Positions 58,315 through 64,000 of a stretch of 64,000 nt of DNA are shown piece by piece. The position numbers and the translations under genes were made by a program. This DNA is from an uncultured virus (IMG/VR IMGVR_UViG_3300031784_002315). Taxonomy: Duplodnaviria; Heunggongvirae; Uroviricota; Caudoviricetes. Location: the IMG/VR virus record IMGVR_UViG_3300031784_002315, positions 1-64,000 of that record; one strand, 5' to 3'. The stretch's first letter is position 1. The number at the start of each line of letters is the position of its first letter. The notes under the pieces were generated by a model that did not search any database, was not told where the DNA came from, and saw nothing but the letters and a program-made list of their open reading frames with translations.

Positions 58315-58987
58315 TAAAAATTTCCTTGTATATGTAACTCATGTTGCTTTTACCCCAAAGTACATGAGTTTCTAAACTGCGTTTAAACATTATAGATAAA
58401 TCTATAAGATTATCTTTTGTTTCCCCGGTTTCCTCTAGTCTAAAACGTGCAGAGTCATGAATAATTGCTTGCATGTATCGTTCTTCTATGTATGGACGAT
58501 CAATCGGAACAACTCCATACCAGTCTATTGCTCTCATATTATCGTGATTGTCAATATAGTGACAGTGAGGGTACATTGTTAATTTATAATAACCTGTGTT
58601 GTATTGATCCGTAACAATATCTTTTATCATATCATACCATTGTAAATCTAAACGCATATCACCGTATATAGAATGATTACAATTATTATTATACCATTTT
58701 ATAAAAATGCGTTTATGTTTTTCATCAATGTCTACAACCTCTGGTGCGTATGGTTTACTGCTAAAAAGATTTATATATTTTACTTCTTGTTCAAAAAAAT
58801 AATCACACACTTCTTTTGTATATAATGGTCTTTCTGAATTCATACGTTGATATCGATTACGCCAATCGTAGTTTGCACAAAATGTTTTACCGTCTGGACT
58901 TATTAATGGTTCGTATGTTTGTTGAGCCATTCCTAGTTGTCCGTCGTGATATTTTAAAAACGGTCTCCAATTAATAATCGAAGTCAT
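58307..58987 (-). CDS. hypothetical protein with protein-kinase-like fold features
   Basis: QEVKY...APEV.D.D...IF; YKLTMYPH...RAIDWY; related to 53820-54530. Confidence 0.45.
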   Translation of the reverse strand: MTSIINWRPFLKYHDGQLGMAQQTYEPLISPDGKTFCANYDWRNRYQRMNSERPLYTKEVCDYFFEQEVKYINLFSSKPYAPEVVDIDEKHKRIFIKWYNNNCNHSIYGDMRLDLQWYDMIKDIVTDQYNTGYYKLTMYPHCHYIDNHDNMRAIDWYGVVPIDRPYIEERYMQAIIHDSARFRLEETGETKDNLIDLSIMFKRSLETHVLWGKSNMSYIYKEIFNG

Positions 58988-59633
58988 ATTCAAACTCTTC
59001 AGGAATTATTTTTTCTAACTCGCTGCTAAATTCTTCTTCGACTTTTAAATAGACTTTTGATAGACTATGTTCAAAGTCGGTTATAATACCTCTTTTATTT
59101 GCACGGTTAAGCCAAGGACTAATTGTATTGTCAAAAACAAATCTTGCATTTTTTCCTGTTGCTCTAATAAAAACATTTATAGGTATTTTTAATTTATTTT
59201 TTGTTAATAACTTTCTTACAACCAACTGCTTACGATCATGTTGTCCAAAGTTTACTGCCGAATGTAAAGATCCAGCGTCCATGTCATACCAAATTCCGTC
59301 TGGTTTTAAAAAATATGACTGTTGTGTTTCGATGTTAATTAATGCTGCACAATCGCCTGTTAAGTTTAAATGATACCTGTCATCAATATCACTATGCGAA
59401 AAGTAGCAACGTCCACTTTCAAGTGTAATAATACGTGCTTCTCCAATGTCGTCGGGTAACAAGTTTAGTGCCGCTTCAAACGGTGTTCCAATAAATTCAG
59501 GTTTAATACGCCAAGGATCGTAAAAAAAATCTCCAGTTGGCTCATTGATGACCACTTTCATTTCATCGCCGTCGAAACTTGCCATCTTTTCTATTAATTC
59601 TTGTCTTACAATTAAATTTGTTGGTTGTATCAT
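58971..59633 (-). CDS. Asp/Asn beta-hydroxylase-like oxygenase
   Basis: SHSDIDDRYHL...HSAVNFG..R. Confidence 0.7.
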   Translation of the reverse strand: MIQPTNLIVRQELIEKMASFDGDEMKVVINEPTGDFFYDPWRIKPEFIGTPFEAALNLLPDDIGEARIITLESGRCYFSHSDIDDRYHLNLTGDCAALINIETQQSYFLKPDGIWYDMDAGSLHSAVNFGQHDRKQLVVRKLLTKNKLKIPINVFIRATGKNARFVFDNTISPWLNRANKRGIITDFEHSLSKVYLKVEEEFSSELEKIIPEEFEYDFDY

Positions 59634-59678
59634 AAAGATATTTAGTGTATACTATTTTAGCGCAAGGTTAAATAGAGT
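59634..59678. promoter_or_regulatory. divergent TAAATA boxes next to start codons
   Basis: Minus: TAAATA 59644-59639, 5 nt to ATG 59633. Plus: TAAATA 59669-59674, 4 nt to ATG 59679. Confidence 0.6.
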
Positions 59679-60374
59679 ATGATCGTAGATGGTGTGGAAA
59701 TACCTTTAAATAAAGATTGGCAAAGGATTGGTATTAGTTTAAGCGGTGGTGCAGATAGCGCACTACTTGCTTATTTCATAATGGAAAATACATCTGCTGA
59801 TATTTACTTTACTACACAAATACGAATGTGGAAAACTAGACCGTGGCAAGAATATATTGCACGAGACGTAGTACACTGGTTTCAACGCCGCTATACCAAT
59901 CGTATTGAACATTTAACAAACTTTGTACCACCAGAATTAGAAGAACCTGTTAGTCCATTAATTCCAGACGAATATGGAAAATTAAAATCAGGTAACAGAA
60001 TAATACTTAGAGCATATAACGAATACATAGCACACAAATACAAACTAGATGCATGGTATGCTGGTGTTAATTTAAATCCTAGCGAAATATTCAACGGTGC
60101 TCTTCCAGAGAGAAATATTCCAGTCATACCTCCCGTTTTAATACATATGGGTATTCCTGTACACCATCCATTTATAAATGTTCAAAAAGACTGGATAGTT
60201 CGAAGATATGCAGAAAACGGAATAGTAGATTTATTTGATATAACTAGAAGTTGCGAAGGCGAGTTTGAAGATTTAAATTATACTAATTATAAACCCTATC
60301 AATCTGTTCCTATTTGCGGTAATTGTTTTTGGTGTTTAGAAAGAGCCTGGGGATTAAAACATGCACTCAAGTAA
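59679..60374 (+). CDS. QueC-like PP-loop ATPase
   Basis: SLSGGADS; P....K..I; TRSC...CGNCFWC.ER zinc motif. Confidence 0.7.
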   Translation: MIVDGVEIPLNKDWQRIGISLSGGADSALLAYFIMENTSADIYFTTQIRMWKTRPWQEYIARDVVHWFQRRYTNRIEHLTNFVPPELEEPVSPLIPDEYGKLKSGNRIILRAYNEYIAHKYKLDAWYAGVNLNPSEIFNGALPERNIPVIPPVLIHMGIPVHHPFINVQKDWIVRRYAENGIVDLFDITRSCEGEFEDLNYTNYKPYQSVPICGNCFWCLERAWGLKHALK

Positions 60375-61626
60375 AACATTTTGTATGCATCCGTTTACAG
60401 GATTAGCCACCAGAGAAGACGGTGCTGTTAAAGTTTGCTGTCGCAGTCAACCAGTTGGATGGATTCAAAACGAAAGTTTAGAAGAAATATGGAACAACGA
60501 TCAAATGCGAGAAGTAAGACGCCAGGTGCTAAACAATGAACGTCCTACTGTTTGCGTACCTTGTTTTGATTTAGAAGATCAGGGTGTAGAAAGTCTAAGA
60601 CAGCGACACATTAAAAATACGTTTCCAGACAGTAGAGTTAATCTTTATCCAACTGCACTTGATAGTTTGCATGACGATTATTCAATGCCTTTTGAACTTC
60701 CTACTATCGAAATTAAAATTAACAATCTTTGTAATTTAAAATGCAGAATGTGCAATCCTCTCGACAGCACACAGTGGAAGGATTGGAGCAGTGTCGTTGA
60801 GTTTTATCGAGAAGAAAACAACTACCTAGTCGATGCTGTTGCTAAACTAGGATTAGATAAGCGTCCGCATATTGATTTGTTTGTTGAGCGTGAAGATTTT
60901 TGGGCTAACTTAGAAAAACTGTTACCTTATTTTAGACGAGTAGAATTTGCAGGTGGCGAACCACTAATGGACCCAAGCCATTATCGTATACTTGATATGC
61001 TTGCTCCGTATGGTGAAAACATTGAATTAAAATATGCAACCAACGGTACTGTACTAGGAATCAAAGGCGGAAGAACTATTCACGATTATTGGCCTCGGTT
61101 TAAAAGTGTAAAAGTAAACGTTTCTATTGACGGTATACATGATGTATATGATTATATCAGAAGCAACGGCGATTTTAAAACAGTAGAAGAAAATATTAAG
61201 ATTATTAAAAGTATGCCCAACGTTCCGTATGTTGTTGGAGCATTTACAGTTCAGGCAGGCAATGTAATGCAACTAGACAGTGCAATACCTTATTTTTTAA
61301 ATGAAATGGGTATTGTGTTTTATAGTCATCGTGTAAATTATCCCAATGTGTTGTCTGCACAATGCATACCTGTTGAACTAAAAACTGTTGTTATAAATAA
61401 ATTAGAAATATTAAAAGATGAAATTGCTGCATATCCAATAATGAATATGCATCCTACTATACTTTCAATTACTAAACAACAAATCAACGATAACATAAAT
61501 TTCTTAAAAGGCAAAGACCTAAGTCATTTGTGGCCAAAAACTGTTGACTTTAATAGACGTTTAGATTCAAATAGGAATCAAGGACCATTTGAAAAGGTAA
61601 TTCCAGAATATGCACCATATGTTTGA
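60361..61626 (+). CDS. radical SAM protein, N-terminal twitch-like type
   Basis: FCMHPF...VCC...CVPC; CNLKCRMC; GGEP. Confidence 0.9.
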   Translation: MHSSKTFCMHPFTGLATREDGAVKVCCRSQPVGWIQNESLEEIWNNDQMREVRRQVLNNERPTVCVPCFDLEDQGVESLRQRHIKNTFPDSRVNLYPTALDSLHDDYSMPFELPTIEIKINNLCNLKCRMCNPLDSTQWKDWSSVVEFYREENNYLVDAVAKLGLDKRPHIDLFVEREDFWANLEKLLPYFRRVEFAGGEPLMDPSHYRILDMLAPYGENIELKYATNGTVLGIKGGRTIHDYWPRFKSVKVNVSIDGIHDVYDYIRSNGDFKTVEENIKIIKSMPNVPYVVGAFTVQAGNVMQLDSAIPYFLNEMGIVFYSHRVNYPNVLSAQCIPVELKTVVINKLEILKDEIAAYPIMNMHPTILSITKQQINDNINFLKGKDLSHLWPKTVDFNRRLDSNRNQGPFEKVIPEYAPYV

Positions 61627-62449
61627 ATTGGTTTTAGGAAATGATCAAAGTAAAAAAAGTTTGTTTTTTAAAATATTTGAAACAGATATAGCACAACTAT
61701 GGGCAAATGAAATAAAAAAAGAATATTTGTTATACGAAAATGATCGCTTTACACAATGGCCTGGATCTAACAAAGACGAAAACTACTATCAATCTAGTTT
61801 AAAACATCACATAGATATAATCAACAGTTATGATAAAATTATCGATCTAGAAAAATATAATCAACAAACGTTTTTAAATATTTTACACAAACATTTTGAA
61901 GATCTTAGAGGTCATGTTGTTTACGGTACTGATTGGTATGCAACTGCTCCGGTTAATGTACAACAGAGTGTTGATAAATTAAATGTATTAATTCACGAAT
62001 ACGAAAATTATTTAAATGAAAAAGACAGCACACATCTAAATCCTACTATTGTATGTACGTTCAAAGATAGACCCACGTATAATTTAAAAAACGAACATTA
62101 TAAGTACTTTACTCATAAATGGGAATTTGGAACTGTTTATATAAACTATTGCGAAGTAGGAAAACCGTTGTTAGATGTTTTTAAAGACAACGACGAAAAT
62201 GTTGGCAAAGATGCTATAAGACCACAGAGTACATATAGTGCTGATTTTATGGTAAAGTTTGGAATTGATGTACCCGATCAGTTTGTTATAGATAAAGAGA
62301 ACAAATTTTGGATTTGGGCTAACTCTAAAAATATAAATGTTGATCCATCTAAAGCAGCACTTGGAATGATTCCAGTTGCTAAGATTGTAGAAAAAATAGA
62401 CATTAACAAATTAAAAGATTTTAATAAGGTAATAAAATGCACAGTGTAG
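61610..62449 (+). CDS. hypothetical protein
   Basis: 279-aa ORF between radical SAM genes (LN.LH..FE, LN.LIHE.E, Y.EVGK). Confidence 0.7.
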   Translation: MHHMFELVLGNDQSKKSLFFKIFETDIAQLWANEIKKEYLLYENDRFTQWPGSNKDENYYQSSLKHHIDIINSYDKIIDLEKYNQQTFLNILHKHFEDLRGHVVYGTDWYATAPVNVQQSVDKLNVLIHEYENYLNEKDSTHLNPTIVCTFKDRPTYNLKNEHYKYFTHKWEFGTVYINYCEVGKPLLDVFKDNDENVGKDAIRPQSTYSADFMVKFGIDVPDQFVIDKENKFWIWANSKNINVDPSKAALGMIPVAKIVEKIDINKLKDFNKVIKCTV

Positions 62450-63333
62450 AAAATCTATACCCACATTATAAAGATAGCATTAAAATAGAATGGAACCTAG
62501 GCAAACGTTGCAACTACGATTGTAGTTATTGTCCCAGCGAAATACATGACAACAGTTCAACACACACAGACTTGCGTGTATTAGAACGTGCAATTGACGA
62601 AATTGCAAAACTGAAAAATCCACGTATTAGTTTTACAGGCGGCGAACCTACTGTGCATCCACAATTTAAAAAAATTCTTTCTTATGCACAAAGACGTGTA
62701 AAATGGATTAGTGTTACAACAAATGGAACACGAACTGTAGATTTTTATAGAGATATATGTAGTGAATACATTGACTATCTTGTGTTTAGTTTACACTTTG
62801 AATACAACTGGGAGAGAGTACTAGGAACAATACTAAGCACTGCTGTTCCGTTTTATAAAAACAAAGTTCTTGTGCATATTATGATGCTTCCGGGAAAACT
62901 CAACGAAGCAAAACATGCAATCGAATATCTATCAAAGCACGAAATAAAATTTGCACTGCGTCCTATACGTTGGACAGAAACCCACGATGTGTTTGACGAC
63001 ACCGGTCGTTATAGTTTAGATGAACGTGAATTTTTAAAAACAGTAAATCACAATCCGCCTGCAAACACATTAATAGACAAAACAATTGAGTGCAATGTTA
63101 ACGATCTGTTAGTAAACAAAAACAATCAGTTTAAAGATTGGATTTGTCGTGCAGGTTTAGAAAGTTTAATGATTAACTGGGACGGCGAAATACATCGTGC
63201 AACTTGTAGAGTAGGTGGAAGTTTAGGTAACATTTATAAACAAGAGTTTGCTGTTCCAACAGAAGAAATAACGTGTACTAGAGAATGGTGTACTTGCGCC
63301 GCAGATATAAACATTACAAAATGGAAAAAGTAA
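62437..63333 (+). CDS. radical SAM protein with C-terminal Cys-rich region
   Basis: CNYDCSYC, GGEPT; CRAG...C...LGNI...C...CTC. Confidence 0.88.
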   Translation: MHSVENLYPHYKDSIKIEWNLGKRCNYDCSYCPSEIHDNSSTHTDLRVLERAIDEIAKLKNPRISFTGGEPTVHPQFKKILSYAQRRVKWISVTTNGTRTVDFYRDICSEYIDYLVFSLHFEYNWERVLGTILSTAVPFYKNKVLVHIMMLPGKLNEAKHAIEYLSKHEIKFALRPIRWTETHDVFDDTGRYSLDEREFLKTVNHNPPANTLIDKTIECNVNDLLVNKNNQFKDWICRAGLESLMINWDGEIHRATCRVGGSLGNIYKQEFAVPTEEITCTREWCTCAADINITKWKK

Positions 63334-64000
63334 ACGCTATAAATTTAACAAAGCCCGAACCGTTTTTAGTCACATGGGATATCGGAAGACGTTGCAATTT
63401 TGATTGTAGTTATTGCGAAAGCACTAGACACAATACGTATAGCCCGCCTACAGACTATAATCAACTTATAAAGACATTTGAATTTATAAAAGAATATGTC
63501 TCGGTTTACGACTTTAAAGAAGTTAATATAAATTTTACTGGAGGAGAACCTACAGTAAATCCACGTTTCTGGGACTTGATTTCTTACATTAAAACAAACA
63601 GTAACTTCGGTGTAGGCATTACTACAAACGGAACATGGCATCCAAAGCATACAGATTTTATATTAAAAAATTGCAACGGAGTAACTGTAAGTTGGCACAC
63701 CGAAGCAGATGAAAAATTACGTGAACGTGCAATACAAAATGCCATTGCATTACACAATGCAGGGTTATGGGTGTCTGTCAATGTAATGCTGCACACAGAC
63801 TACTGGGATATTGCTGTAGATGCATACAATCGTTTAAAAAGTGCAGGAGTAAATGCTGTACCAACTCCACTCGGTGACGGTGTTAAAGAACGTACCGATT
63901 GGTTTGAAGATAGCGAAGGTGTATTACGCAGAACTGGGCACCAATATACACCGGAACAATATGCATGGTATTGGAATACTCAAGGAATTGCCAAAGAAAC
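63321..64000 (+). CDS. radical SAM protein (runs off the window end; absent from the ORF track)
   Basis: MEKVNAINLTKPEPFLVTWDIGRRCNFDCSYC...FTGGEPT...TTNG; paralogue of 62437-63333. Confidence 0.85.
   Translation, partial: MEKVNAINLTKPEPFLVTWDIGRRCNFDCSYCESTRHNTYSPPTDYNQLIKTFEFIKEYVSVYDFKEVNINFTGGEPTVNPRFWDLISYIKTNSNFGVGITTNGTWHPKHTDFILKNCNGVTVSWHTEADEKLRERAIQNAIALHNAGLWVSVNVMLHTDYWDIAVDAYNRLKSAGVNAVPTPLGDGVKERTDWFEDSEGVLRRTGHQYTPEQYAWYWNTQGIAKE

Noticed and set aside
63366..63796. Two short minus-strand ORFs at the window end
   Set aside because: They are antisense to the truncated plus-strand radical SAM gene starting at 63321.
1..64000. tRNA/rRNA genes, introns, inteins, transposases, integrase, stop-codon recoding
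   Set aside because: Intergenic gaps are tiny, ORFs are full-length in the standard code, and no such motifs were recognised by eye. tRNAscan/Infernal were not run.

Overview
This window looks like part of a large, AT-rich, tailed-phage (jumbo/T4-like) genome rather than a bacterial chromosome. It is almost entirely coding, many genes overlap by ATGA/TAATG, TAAATA late-promoter-like boxes recur, and I see no rRNA, tRNA or CRISPR. 1-10.4 kb: folE (partial), queE, metK, a T4 RNase H-like 5'-3' nuclease, conserved hypotheticals, a sulfotransferase-like gene and a MoxR-AAA/VWA-metallopeptidase pair. 10.4-13.7 kb: a tail-fibre-like gene and an S8 subtilase. 13.7-21 kb: a polyamine-centred operon (ornithine-decarboxylase-like, AMP-ligase, oxygenase, PP-loop ATPase, homospermidine synthase, nitroreductase). 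From 21 kb to the window end (still running) is a very large tailoring-enzyme array: 20 radical-SAM genes in about 5 subfamilies (9 with an N-terminal Cys-rich twitch-like domain, 2 B12-dependent), 8 more Fe(II)/2OG-type oxygenases (one fused to a cold-shock domain), methyltransferases, an amidinotransferase, PLP enzymes, a 4-repeat glycosyltransferase-like protein, mini-SDRs, two kinase-like proteins and a QueC-like protein. These surround one repeat-rich, Gly/Asn-rich virion-like protein. Regulatory signals visible in the DNA include promoter boxes 4-7 nt upstream of start codons (apparent leaderless mRNAs) and a 19-bp hairpin that would hide the RBS of the tail-fibre gene. All functional calls come from motif reading only; no database search was run.
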